Positions 39,160-50,616 are shown, counted from the first letter of the stretch. The stretch is DNA of 64,000 nucleotides from Octopus bimaculoides (GCF_001194135.2 NC_069005.1:8592486-8656485), one strand, 5' to 3'. The notes: generated by a model not told the origin, from the letters alone. Numbers and translations are program-made.

Positions 39160-39300
39160 TCTGGTTGTGAGGCTCTGGTTCAAAAATTCCAGGATTTTAA
39201 GGAGTGTGGAGTCAACTCTTAGCCACTGTTGTTCCTATGTCAACTCTGATGTGGAGTGTAGCACCTCTCAGCATCCCAGCTATAGGTTAACTAACATGTG
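39160..39300 (+). repeat. Dispersed repeat shared with 52080-52230 (probably retroelement-derived)
   Basis: CAGGATTTTAAGGAGTGTGGAGTCAACTCTTAGCCACTGTTGTT versus CAGGTTTTCAAGGAGTGTGGAGCCATCTCTTAGCCACTATTGTT. Confidence 0.7.
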
Positions 39301-40867
39301 AAGACAGTGTACCTGAAGGTGGGGATGCAGAAATGCCCTTGGTTGGTTTCAGGGTCCACAATAAAAACCACCAGGTGTGAGGGACCCATAGCTGTTGTCA
39401 CAACATCCTTCTAGGTAAGGGACACTCCAATGTAAAATCTGCAGTTTCAGAAGTATTAGTCATCTTACTTCAGCCTGTTGCCGGGTACTAATCATGGAGA
39501 GTACCACTCTCTGAGTGGTACTTGTGTTGTACAAGTGTAATCCAATCACTATAATCCAATGCTGTACGGATGTCTCATTATAAGGACCTCATTTGTTACT
39601 CTGTCTACTGGAAGTCCTGTGACAGTGGAAAAGTGGCGATGTGTGCAGACTTAAGTAGCTAGAGGCACATGGTAACTTACAACTTTCGTCTGTCACCTAT
39701 GCTTTGCTGAAAACCAAGCAGATCTGCAATAAGGATGGAATGGTCATCTGAGAGATCATGGATAGAAAGTCTAAAATATTATGGACAACAAGGAAGCACA
39801 AGGAGACAATAATCATCGGTGAATATTGAACAATCCTTCCATATATATATATATATGTTTGTATGTGTGTGTGCTGTTTTTTCTGTATATGTATACATGT
39901 GAAATGTAAGGTGCAAAAATATTCATAAATGGATGAATGTACTGGTATGTAAATTCGTGTGTGAATGTATATTTGTTTAGATTTTTATATGCATATGCGT
40001 ATGTAAGTTATATGCATGCATGCATGCATATCTTGAATATATTAAATATATTCACACATGTATATATGTGTGTGTGGGCATGCATGTATGTGTGTACATG
40101 TATATATGTTTGTGGGCATGTATGTATGTGCATGTATGTATGTATGTGTGTGTATGCATGTGTGTGTGTGTGTGTGTGTGTTTGTGGATGAATAGATAGT
40201 TGCGTACACAAACACACATATATGCCTATATACATTTTGTAATTTGGGACATGAAGAGTTCAGTTTACATTTATTTGCTTCTGAATGACATTTTCAATAT
40301 TTGGCACAGATCCTGTGAGCAGCTCATAAATATATGGAAACTGATAAGTTTGAAGGCAGTGAAAAAGGGTGTTCACTAAAGCGTGTGTGTGTATGCGTGC
40401 GTGCGTGTGCATGTCCTGTATGTTTGTGCAAAATACAATGATGTATCATAAATGCAAAACCAGACAACGCAAATTGTATCTAATAACCAATGTCAAGTGC
40501 TAATAAATTACTCTTTACCTGCCTGGCAGCTCTCTCTCCCTCCCTCCCTCTCTCTGTTACACACACATATACACACACATGTTAAATATATACACACACA
40601 AAAATATATACACACAAAAATATATACACATAAAAATAAATATATATATTCAAATATTTACACAAATATATGTATACATACATAAAGGTATATATATACA
40701 TTAATATATACATATAAATATATATATACAATGCATATTTACTCATGTATAAACACACACACACATATATATATGTTTTGTATATATGTGTGTGTGTGCG
40801 TGTATATATATGTGTGTGTATGTATGTATATATGTAGGTGTATATAAATATATATATACACACACAT

Positions 40868-41111
40868 ATATTGCCACTTTGATATTAATGCCACAAATGT
40901 TGCTTTTTAAAGTGATGTATGATGAAGTACAATAACTTTTTCGTTCACGTTATAAAGTTGTTTCTTTCTTTTTCCCTTCTTGCGCTCTCCCCCTCTCTAT
41001 GTATGCACACACAAACTGAAAGAGCGTTTTAAAGAGAACTAGAAGGGCATTGTACTTCATATATCACTACAAAAAGTAACATTTGGGGCAATAATATTGA
41101 AGTGGCAATAT
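40868..41111. mobile_element. MITE-like element with about 65-bp terminal inverted repeats
   Basis: 40868-40933 ATATTGCCACTTTGATATTAATGCCACAAATGTTGC...GAAGTACAAT pairs with 41049-41111. Confidence 0.8.
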
Positions 41112-41949
41112 GCTTGTACACAGACTCAAATATATACATACTGACAGATTCAGGTATAAACACACACATACGTACAGATATGTGTTTTAACACATACATA
41201 TGTGTACAAACGAAAGAAACTGCCATTGTCCATATTTTGTGAGATTTAAATATTTTTATTGACAGTTCAACTTAGAGATGCATTATTTGAAGTTTCACTG
41301 ACATGAGAAATATACTTATCTCTGAATGTTAAATCAGTGACAGCTTCTGTGTAAGGCTTATTGTTATTATATGATGAATGAACCTTATTTTCATTGGCTG
41401 GTTCGTACCATATGACAGAGTTGGAATGTCTGTGGCTGCTGGCCAATTCTGAATGGGAGGCAATTCTTGTACAATGACTGGGAGTATTCTTCTATGCTTT
41501 ATAAAAATTGCTGTGAAATTTCAGTTAAGTTAAAAGCCTCAGTGAAGCTAAACTTCAGTGAATTTAAACTTTCAGAAAATTTTCTAGGATGGTATTAACA
41601 GCTAATAACTTAGGACTGCCTAGCAGTATAGTGAAGTAATGGTTTGGTTTACTTGTGAAAAATATTGTGGTCATTGGCATTAACTCATATCCGAGTAGTT
41701 CATCTGTTGTGAATGACTGAGTCCCTTCATCCTAACAGGTGCAAAGAGTGCTGGTGTCTGAGGTAACTGTATGGGCCAAGGGTAGTATAGAAGAGCTGGG
41801 GGCATTTAACTCAGGGAAATGTGAGTTGTTCTTTGCCTCTTATCTTGGATGTTTAATCTCTACCTTTTAAGGTCTGTTATTTTCTATCTTGTCCATTAGC
41901 TTGACAATGACAGACCACCACTTTGGGCTGACCTTGGCAATTGTCTTCC

Positions 41950-42291
41950 AGGTATGTGAGTCAAGGAGTAGCGGAGGCGAGAGGCCTTGAGCTAGTCTGT
42001 ACAGCAACTCTCATTCCACCTGATGTATCCCAAAGAAGTATATGGTTTCAAGGAAAGGTGTAAACCTTTTAGTACCTGAATTCTTTTGGGTTCAAGGACA
42101 GTGAAAACTCATTGGAACTTCCTATTCTCATTTAGATTTAGCCCAGGTTTAACACCACCAGCTGACACAAGGGGTGCCTTTAATGGTCTCCACAGGTTCG
42201 AAGAAACCCTCTTCTCTCCGACCTGTATCAGAGTCCCTCTAATGAGTCATGGACACTGCCTTTCCTCCAGACTAAAAGATTAAAAAAAAAA
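41950..42291 (+). mobile_element. Possible highly decayed CR1/L2-type LINE 3' end
   Basis: Frameshift-corrected reading NSLPPDV.PK.Y..FK.RVN, followed by a UTR-like stretch and an A-run at 42282. Weak support. Confidence 0.3.
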
Positions 42292-42555
42292 TCATCTACA
42301 GGCTTTGAGTTCAGTTAAGTATCATGCCCAGCATAATCTGGAACATTCTCAACAAGACTCATTTCAACTCACCTGAAACAAGTAAGTATCATCTCTGTCT
42401 CAACATCAAGATGTACACATTCCAAAAATATGCATCGTCCCTCATCAAAAAAACTGAACTATCATTTTACTGAGGTTTCTTCTTGCTAATTTCAAACCTT
42501 TCGCCATTACTCCACATACAATATTATTTCAAAATCCCTCTTTCTCTCTCCCTAA

Positions 42556-42594
<39 letters not shown>

Positions 42595-42941
42595 CTTCTA
42601 TCTACCTCTCCCCCTCTCTCCTTCGCTCTATTTATCTCTCTCTCTCTCTCTGAAGATGGCAGTGTCTGATTTGAGAGAGATGGATTTGGCTACTATTTCT
42701 AATAGGATGAGCAACCAAGTGTAGAAGATCCTTTTGCAAGTATCCCTGCTGTTAGGGACCTCAAGCATCTTCACTGCATCCTCATTTACCACTTCTGCCA
42801 TTGTTAGCTCTTCCCCCACCCCCACACTGCCCCCTAATGTTATTATAGCTGATTGCTTTGAACAGCATGATGTGCTAACTCATCAAAGTCAATAATCGTC
42901 AGACACCATCTGTTAATACAATTTATATATATATATCTATG

Positions 42942-42972
<31 letters not shown>

Positions 42973-43769
42973 GTATACAGGATTTAGCAGCAACTATTTC
43001 TTGCTAAGTGAATGAGTAAGTGAGAGGCTGAGCTGAGTTGAGCTCCTCTCGGAGAGACAAGCTTCATTTGTTTCAGTTTAATTGCTGGCAACTGGTTTAG
43101 CTTCAATTAGGTACTTTGAAACTTAATTATAAATATGCTTATCACTTTACTGACAACTGCAGCTGATGCTTTCATTCTTTTACTTTCATTCCACTGTTTC
43201 CATATATTACACACAAGTTGGAGTAGTTATTTACGTTTAGCCATTGGTCTAGCCTTGATCCAGTAGAAGTAAGATCAAAATTGTTCTGTGATTATTCTTT
43301 TAATATGTCTCTCTAGGACTACATCATATAAGGTCTTACTCTTTCTTTTTTAATGTTACAAGGAGTAATTACGTGGGGGGGGGGCTCAGCTCTAAGATTC
43401 ACTAAGTCAAGGGCTCAGACAAAGACTACGGCTTTGGCTTGAACAGGTTGTTATTGCTGTGGTTCAAGTCCCAGGTCAGTCCAGTAAAGCTGACCTGCAA
43501 TCAAAGATCCCCTTGCCAGGATAAGCTCTTCGTTATTTTCTTTTTGATGTAGTGTATCTAGATCTATATTATCAATTCAATGTAGCATTTTACTTCACAA
43601 AACATCCTGTTTTCATGATGGATGGATGTGTGATCTGAAGGAAATTTAGCTGCTGTTTCTAGCAGGTTATGGGGGTGCCTCTGGACATGGCTATCTCTCC
43701 AACTCATACCCCGTCATAGAAAACAGATGTGAAATAATGATTATCATGATATAACCTTTCCCAATGTTA

Positions 43770-44420
43770 TGCATGCCACACTCTTCAGTAGCACATTCCT
43801 ACTAGTACTCCTATATGCATGTAAAATATGGGCTACTGCAAAAAGGATAAAAACTCAATCAGCTAAGGCGGCGAGCTGGCAGAAACGTTAGTACACCGGG
43901 CAAAATGCTTAGCAGTATTTCGTCTGCCGTTACGTTCTGAGTTCAAATTCCGCCGAGGTCGACTTTGCTTTTCATCCTTTCAGGGTTGATAAATTAAGTA
44001 CCAGTTGTGCACTGGGGTCGATGTAATCGACTTAATCCGTTTGTCTGTCCTTGTTTGTCCCCTCTATGTTTAGCCCCTTGTGGGCAATAAATAAAAAAGA
44101 AACTCAATCAGCTATGATGCAAAGGGCCATAGAAAGATCTCTAGAATATCACTAAGAGAGCACATTCGAAATGAGACAATTTAAGAATGGCACAGGGTAA
44201 ATGAGGAAAACGAAGAGTACTGAAAAGCACAAGTTCCACTGGGCTGGACATGTCGCAAGGTTGCCAGACAACAGGTGGACCCTGAGTGATCAGAAAAGGC
44301 CACTTAGAAGGCCTCCACAATGATGAGAAGATGATTTGGTCAAGTAGTTTGGTTCAAGATGGCAAAGAATAGCACAATCAAGATAAGACTGGAAGTGCAT
44401 TGTGACCAGTGGTGTTTAAC
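43770..44420 (+). mobile_element. RTE-clade LINE 3' fragment (pseudogenised), interrupted by a SINE
   Basis: LFSSTFLLVLLYACKIWAT..QRAIERSL / ISLREHIRNETI / KFHWAGHVARLPDNRWT..KRPLRRPPQ**EDDL..RWQRIAQSR*DWK. The WAGHVAR and RP.GRP..RW.DD-like motifs are characteristic of the RTE C-terminus. Confidence 0.9.
43866..44099 (+). mobile_element. Well-preserved family B tRNA-SINE with a 15-bp target-site duplication
   Basis: AAACTCAATCAGCTA at 43851-43865 and 44100-44114; A box TGGCAGAAACG; B box GAGTTCAAATTCC; many CpGs retained. Confidence 0.95.
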
Positions 44421-44467
44421 AGCCTCTGATGATCTGGTTGATACTGTGATATATGTCTATACATATA

Positions 44468-44700
44468 CAAGGTCAGCCAAAAGTACCTGACAGGAAATCA
44501 AAACCATTTAATTTCAAGATTTATTTATATTTAACAACTGAACGAATTTAATAAAAGCATCTAAATATGAAACAGCATTGAAAATTGTTCAAACTGAAAT
44601 CCTTTTTGAGTGACACATTTTCCCATTCAAATCAATACAGAATTACAGATAGTATTTATAGAATTTTGATTTACTGTCTGGTGACTTTTGGCCAACCCTG
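44468..44700. mobile_element. Tc1/mariner-type MITE with TA TSD
   Basis: TA-CAAGGTCAGCCAAAAGTACCTGACAGGAAATCAAAA at the left; reverse complement of the right end CAGGGTTGGCCAAAAGTCACCAGACAGTAAATCAAAA; TA on both flanks. Confidence 0.9.
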
Positions 44701-44931
44701 TATATGCACACTTTCTTTTATTTATCTTGGTCATAGGACTGCAGCCATGTGTGGGTTTGGGCAGCATCTAGAGGTTTTAGGTGAACAAATTGACCCCAGT
44801 ACTTGGATTTTTAAGCCTGGTAGTTATTCTGTCAATCTTTTTTGTTTAACAATTATGTTACACGAACAAAAACAAACCAACGCTGGTTGTCTAGCAGCAT
44901 GGGAACAAAAACTAGCACACATACATTTATA

Positions 44932-44994
<63 letters not shown>

Positions 44995-45093
44995 CACAAA
45001 CATCTATATATGTATGTATATATATACACATACATACGCAGATATACATATGCATATCTATATGTAGGTACATACACACACACACGCACGCGA

Positions 45094-45134
<41 letters not shown>

Positions 45135-45136
<2 letters not shown>

Positions 45137-45290
45137 ACTAGCTTCCACACATTTTCCGTTTACCAAATTTACTCACAATGCATTGATCAGCTTGGGGCTA
45201 TAGTTGAAGACACTTGCCCAAGGTACCACACATTAGGACTGAACCTGAAATCACATGGTTGCAAAGTGAACTTCTTAAACACACAGCCAT
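45135..45290 (-). mobile_element. Family A SINE head
   Basis: TTTCCGTTTACCAAATTTACTCACAA...GAAGACACTTGCCCAAGGTACC...CTGAACC...ACACAGCCAT. Confidence 0.8.
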
Positions 45291-45694
45291 ATTCTGTTAC
45301 TTAGCCCCCAGCTCAATTCTTATACATAATCTAATTTCAAAGGTGTTCAAGTCTTGATCATTTCTGCCTTTTCCTTTTTCTTTCTTTTTCAGACATAATC
45401 TATTTAAACATAGAACTAAATTACAGAACATGTCATTCTATTTTTAAAATGGGAGGGTATGTATAATTTGAGGGAAATTAGGGATGCTATTTCTAGTGCA
45501 TTGATTGAAAAATTTCCATGTCTTGCAGACACACCTTTCCCTTCTCTTTGCTCTCTGATAACAAGGTAGCAGGATTAGTGTCTGTCTTTCCAGTGACATA
45601 TAACGGTGTGTAATTCATGGAAGTGTACAGCAAAACGTGTCTGTTTAAAACCGTAGTGCAGAGAGGAACACCAGAGTGAGTCTCACTGACTTAC

Positions 45695-45798
45695 TCTTCT
45701 TCACTCATCCTGTTCACATTTGTCCCACCTCCTGTCATTCGCTGCAGAAAAGAGATTCTTCTTTTCCATCGAATTCCTTTAACAAGGGACAAGGTAAG
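45695..45798 (-). CDS. Candidate coding exon of an unidentified gene (LTLSLVKGIRWKRRISFLQRMTGGGTNVNRMSEE)
   Basis: Acceptor ...ccttaatcaattcctag, 34 open codons and donor GA|GTAAGT. A competing plus-strand model overlaps it and no homology was recognised. Confidence 0.3.
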
Positions 45799-46178
45799 CT
45801 AGGAATTGATTAAGGAGCTTAGCTTTATGGTGGCAGTTGTGATGCAGTGATTTAGCACATTAACCCTCCTGCACATACAGCTGCTACTGCTGCCGCCATT
45901 AGTGGCTCATAATGTATTAAATGGAAGACAGAGGTGAATTGAATTGACATATCCTGTGACAAACAAGTGACCAATTTGTTTAGTGACATAGTGTGAGGCT
46001 TGTTAACCAGCAGGGCTGCATCTGGATTGTAGATTACTTATGTTTGAAGTGTGTGTGTGTGTGTGTGTGTGTGTTTGAAACATGTTTGTGTGTGTGAATA
46101 TATGTTTGAAGTATAAGTATGTATATATATATATATATATATATCTGTAAAAATATGTGACACTTATTCGGTAGCCAT

Positions 46179-46240
46179 GATAAAACTCTGAGTTTCAGAT
46201 GCTGGGGTGGGAACCCACGCCAACATCTCTTCAGTTATCC
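46179..46240 (-). ncRNA. Type-I hammerhead ribozyme motif, best preserved in the window
   Basis: Minus strand: G GATAA CTGAAGA GATGTTGG-C-GTGGG-TT-CCCAC-C-CCAGCATC T GAA ACTC-A-GAGT T TTATC. Perfect 5-bp helix I, extended helix II, quasi-palindromic helix III and GUU triplet. Confidence 0.8.
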
Positions 46241-46402
46241 AGCCATTGAAAATTCCTGTGAAAAATGACTATTTACATAATATCAAGGTCTCTTTCTTTC
46301 TTTTGTTGTCCTTTCTAACAATATATATATATATATATAATTAACAGAATGAGATAAAAAATCCAAGGCTGTGAATAGTTTTCAGAACATTTATAAAGAG
46401 AA

Positions 46403-46450
46403 GGTCTTACAGCTGTTTCTGGGATATTTTATATATCCCTTCATCAGAGG
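46403..46450 (-). ncRNA. Minimal type-I hammerhead ribozyme motif (PLE-type)
   Basis: Minus strand: CCT CTGATGA A GGGATAT-ATAAA-ATATCCC A GAA ACAGCTGT A AGACC. 7-bp helix II, 8-nt palindromic helix III and GUA triplet; helix I has only 2 bp in this copy. Confidence 0.75.
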
Positions 46451-46807
46451 TGGTGCGAGAAAATGTTTAAGTAATAGTTATTATAGAGAAGACATGAAAT
46501 ACAGAGTGAAGTGGAGGAATGAAAACAGATGTGAGATACGTTTGGATATTGTATCTACAGTTCCATTATTTAAGCAGAATGGTGTATATAGGTACAGGAA
46601 ACTTATTTATACGACTTACGTTGGACTCCTCATTCGTATTATTATCGAACCTGGAGCTTAACTATAGTCTGTCCATAGCACTTACTCAGCATTACCTGAC
46701 ACCTTTGGGTCTTTTTGACACCAATGCCTCTCATACCCTTGATATATATATATATATATATCAACAAGCAGGTGTATTAGTATGATACTCGAGAAGAATG
46801 GAAAAGT

Positions 46808-46843
46808 CTTAGATGTTTTGAGCCTATGCTCTTTGACAGAAAG
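46808..46843 (-). ncRNA. Decayed hammerhead-like motif
   Basis: Minus strand: CTTT CTGTCAA A GAGC-ATAG-GCTC AAAA CAT C TAAG. Reverting CpG decay gives CTGTCGA...GAGC/GCTC GAA ACGT C. Non-canonical at A6. Confidence 0.4.
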
Positions 46844-47190
46844 TGATGAGAGGAAAGAACTGGAGAGAGAGAGAGGGAAAAAACAGAGAGAGAGAAAAAG
46901 GAAAATTTCCAGGATTTGAGAGAATCGGGTATTTAAATAGTGAAAGCACCAAGGTCGGATCGGTGATAATGTTATTGTGCACAAACAATGCACGACAACA
47001 AATATGTATTCAATAAAGTAAGCACAGATTTGTTCTCCAGTTATCCATAGGTTCACAAATGGCTGACTGAATACACAACAAGTCATCGAGGTTACACATT
47101 GCACCTATTGCACCACCATCTATAAACTCCAGATCCTAATGAACTACAGGTTCCATCTGTTATTATTGTGTGTGTGTGTGTGTATATTTT

Positions 47191-47233
<43 letters not shown>

Positions 47234-47349
47234 CATGATGTAATATAATATAATAGTGTATAAGAGTTTATACATAGTAAGGAGACAACCATGTGGACTC
47301 CTTAGATGCTAGAGAGGGCAGTCAAAACCCAAACCACACACACACACAC

Positions 47350-47730
47350 ATCTGGTTTCTTTAATTTTTTGCCTACCAAATCCATTCACAAGGCTTTGGT
47401 GGATCTAAGACAATAGTAGAAGACAAGACACTTGCTTAACCCCTTAGCATTTCATCCAGCCCAAATAGTCTAACTGTTTCATGTCCAAACTGGACAGATC
47501 TGCCTTTGCACACCAACCCTACAATGTCATTCTGAGAGTAAACAGTCACATCATCAAGATTTCAATGTTACATTGTAGTGCATGATTAACTCAAAACAAT
47601 TTCATTATATAAGAATTGCATTTGACAGAATAATCTGAATGCCAAATGGTTTAGGTACCCTACTGTGGGTTTGATCCCCAAAACTAAGCGGCTGGAAACG
47701 AACTTATTTACCTCACAGTCATGCTTTGCT
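47350..47730 (-). mobile_element. Family A SINE head interrupted by a TTAA-type MITE
   Basis: The SINE reads ...GACACTTGC, breaks at TTAA 47436, and resumes after about 47655 (GTACCCTACTGTGGGTTTGATCCC...TACCTCACAGTCATGC). Confidence 0.7.
47436..47654. mobile_element. piggyBac-like (TTAA-CCC) non-autonomous element
   Basis: Begins TTAACCCCTTAGCATT and ends AATGCCAAATGGTTTAG (decayed TIR). The internal sequence is shared with 51905-52070. Confidence 0.6.
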
Positions 47731-48088
47731 AAGCATACTTCTCGACTATACAACTGTAGCTGAGGTCACAAATCTGTTTCTGGTCACTGCTGTTGTTGCT
47801 AATGACTTTAAACCACATTCATTTCAAGAGTGTACTTGGCGCTAGCCAGGCTTAATGACCATTGTTTTTAACTGCAATTCCTGTTGTCTAATGATTGCAC
47901 AGTCCACTGCTGACACAGTTGGGCTACCATATTCTAACCACCACCACCACAATGGTTGTAACTGTTGCTACTACTACTGCTGCTACCACCATGACTGCCA
48001 CTATTACCACCACCATTATTACCATCATAAGCACAACCTACACCCCACTATCACCACCACTACCACTTGCTAGTTTGTGTGTGTGTGT

Positions 48089-48420
48089 GTGAAGGTGCAT
48101 AGGTCAGTGGTTAGAGTATTGGCTCACACTCATGAGGTAGTAAGTTCAGTTCCCAAACCAGGCTGTTTCTTGTGTTTTTGAGAAAGGCACTTTATCTTAT
48201 GTTGCTCCAAGTCACTCACCTGTAGAAACGAGTTTTGACATTGTCACTGGTGCCAAGGTGTATTGGCCTTTGCCTTTTCCTTGGATCACATCAGTGAGAT
48301 GGAGAAGAGACGCTGATATGCATGGGTGACTGTTGGTCTTCCATAAACAATGTTGCCTGAACTTGTGCCTAGGAGGGGAAATTTCTAGTTGCAATCCCAT
48401 GGTCATTCATGACTGAAGTG
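48089..48420 (+). mobile_element. Family D SINE
   Basis: GTGAAGGTGCATAGGTCAGTGGTTAGAG head and GATATGCATGGGTGACTGTTGGTCTTCCATAAA shared with the 20590 copy. Confidence 0.85.
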
Positions 48421-48433
48421 GATTATTAATTAA

Positions 48434-48474
<41 letters not shown>

Positions 48475-48489
48475 CTTGTTGTTATTATC

Positions 48490-48680
48490 TTAAACTGTTG
48501 AATGTCCAAGTTTGGCCAGATGAGTTTTTTGCAATATTTACTTTTGCTTACAACAGCTGGTTCATTTGGTCAAACTATTGTATCTCCAGCTGCTTCAGAT
48601 ACCAAGATATCAAAAATTGTCAAATTGTGGGTACAACGGTTTCGCTATGGAATGGTGAAACTATTTTTCTGATCTATATT
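48490..48680 (+). repeat. Dispersed repeat, short version (paired with 52765-53090)
   Basis: TGTCCAAGTTTGGCCAGATG...GGTCAAACTATTGTATCTCCAGCTGCTTCAGAT...ATGGAATGGTGAAACTATTTTT is present in both copies. Confidence 0.85.
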
Positions 48681-49142
48681 TTAGAAATAATAATNNNNNN
48701 NNNNNNNNNNNNNNNNNNNNNNNNNNNNNNNNNNNNNNNNNNNNNNNNNNNNNNNNNNNNNNNNNNNNNNNNNNNNNNNNNNNNNNNNNNNNNNNNNNNN
48801 NNNNNNNNNNNNNNNNNNNNNNNNNNNNNNNNNNNNNNNNNNNNNNNNNNNNNNNNNNNNNNNNNNNNNNNNNNNNNNNNNNNNNNNNNNNNNNNNNNNN
48901 NNNNNNNNNNNNNNNNNNNNNNNNNNNNNNNNNNNNNNNNNNNNNNNNNNNNNNNNNNNNNNNNNNNNNNNNNNNNNNNNNNNNNNNNNNNNNNNNNNNN
49001 NNNNNNNNNNNNNNNNNNNNNNNNNNNNNNNNNNNNNNNNNNNNNNNNNNNNNNNNNNNNNNNNNNNNNNNNNNNNNNNNNNNNNNNNNNNNNNNNNNNN
49101 NNNNNNNNNNNNNNNNNNNNNNNNNNNNNNNNNNNNNNNNNN

Positions 49143-49176
<34 letters not shown>

Positions 49177-50118
49177 GGTTTTGGAATAGGTTCAGTATAT
49201 TCCTACAGGTTGTATTAAGCAACTAAAAGGGGTTGCCATCAGGAGGGGCTTCTGGCCCTCAAAACACTGACTCAGAAAACCCATGCAAGGTAAAACAGAT
49301 GTAATCCATTAATGACACATACCTAATATGCTCACACACACACACGCACACACACACACACACATCAGTACACAGACATACATGCACATCATACACACAT
49401 AGACATATACACACATAGACAAATGTTATAATCAATTATAAAATAATAAAACCAAAGAAAAAAAAACAAGCCACAGACAGCGAAATCAAATAAATCATCT
49501 GAAAAAATTTCAACTAACACATTATTTAAAGAAAAAACAAAAAACATAAACATTTATTTTGATTTTGATTTTACATGAGACAAGTGGTGGTGGGCGAGGC
49601 GGAACGATAATCCTTTCTCTCCTTCTTAATTTTCAGCCGATTTTCACTTAACACATTCTACTAACATCATATGCATATATACATATACACAAACATATCA
49701 AAAATATATATACATACATGCATATAAATGTACACATACATATATAAGATATTTATATATATACACACATATATATACAAAATCACTTGTACACATATAC
49801 ATACACACATACAAATAAATATATACGCACATACATATATATCATACATATATATACATATATATACATACATATAAATATACATGTGTATATATATACA
49901 TACATATATATATATNNNNNNNNNNNNNNNNNNNNNNNNNNNNNNNNNNNNNNNNNNNNNNNNNNNNNNNNNNNNNNNNNNNNNNNNNNNNNNNNNNNNN
50001 NNNNNNNNNNNNNNNNNNNNNNNNNNNNNNNNNNNNNNNNNNNNNNNNNNNNNNNNNNNNNNNNNNNNNNNNNNNNNNNNNNNNNNNNNNNNNNNNNNNN
50101 NNNNNNNNNNNNNNTATA

Positions 50119-50168
<50 letters not shown>

Positions 50169-50242
50169 CACACATAAATATATATATATACATATATACA
50201 TATATTTATACACACACACATATATAAACATACATATGTGTA

Positions 50243-50273
<31 letters not shown>

Positions 50274-50567
50274 GTATATATGTGCCCACACACACAGTCA
50301 TACACATGCTGCTTTGTTGTGTCATTGGTTGTGTTTGATCTAGGGGGCAGTGCAATCTCTACTTGATGCACCTCCCTTATAATGTATTGGTCCATTTGTT
50401 TGTTGACTAATTCCAGTTGAAATAAACAAATTTGTATCAACCTCATGGAAAGACCAATAAATAACAAACAGCCTCACCCCCTCCATTTACAAACACACCC
50501 ACTCACACATATATACTTATATACACATTTATATGTATATATGTATATAAATACATTCATTAATATA

Positions 50568-50616
<49 letters not shown>

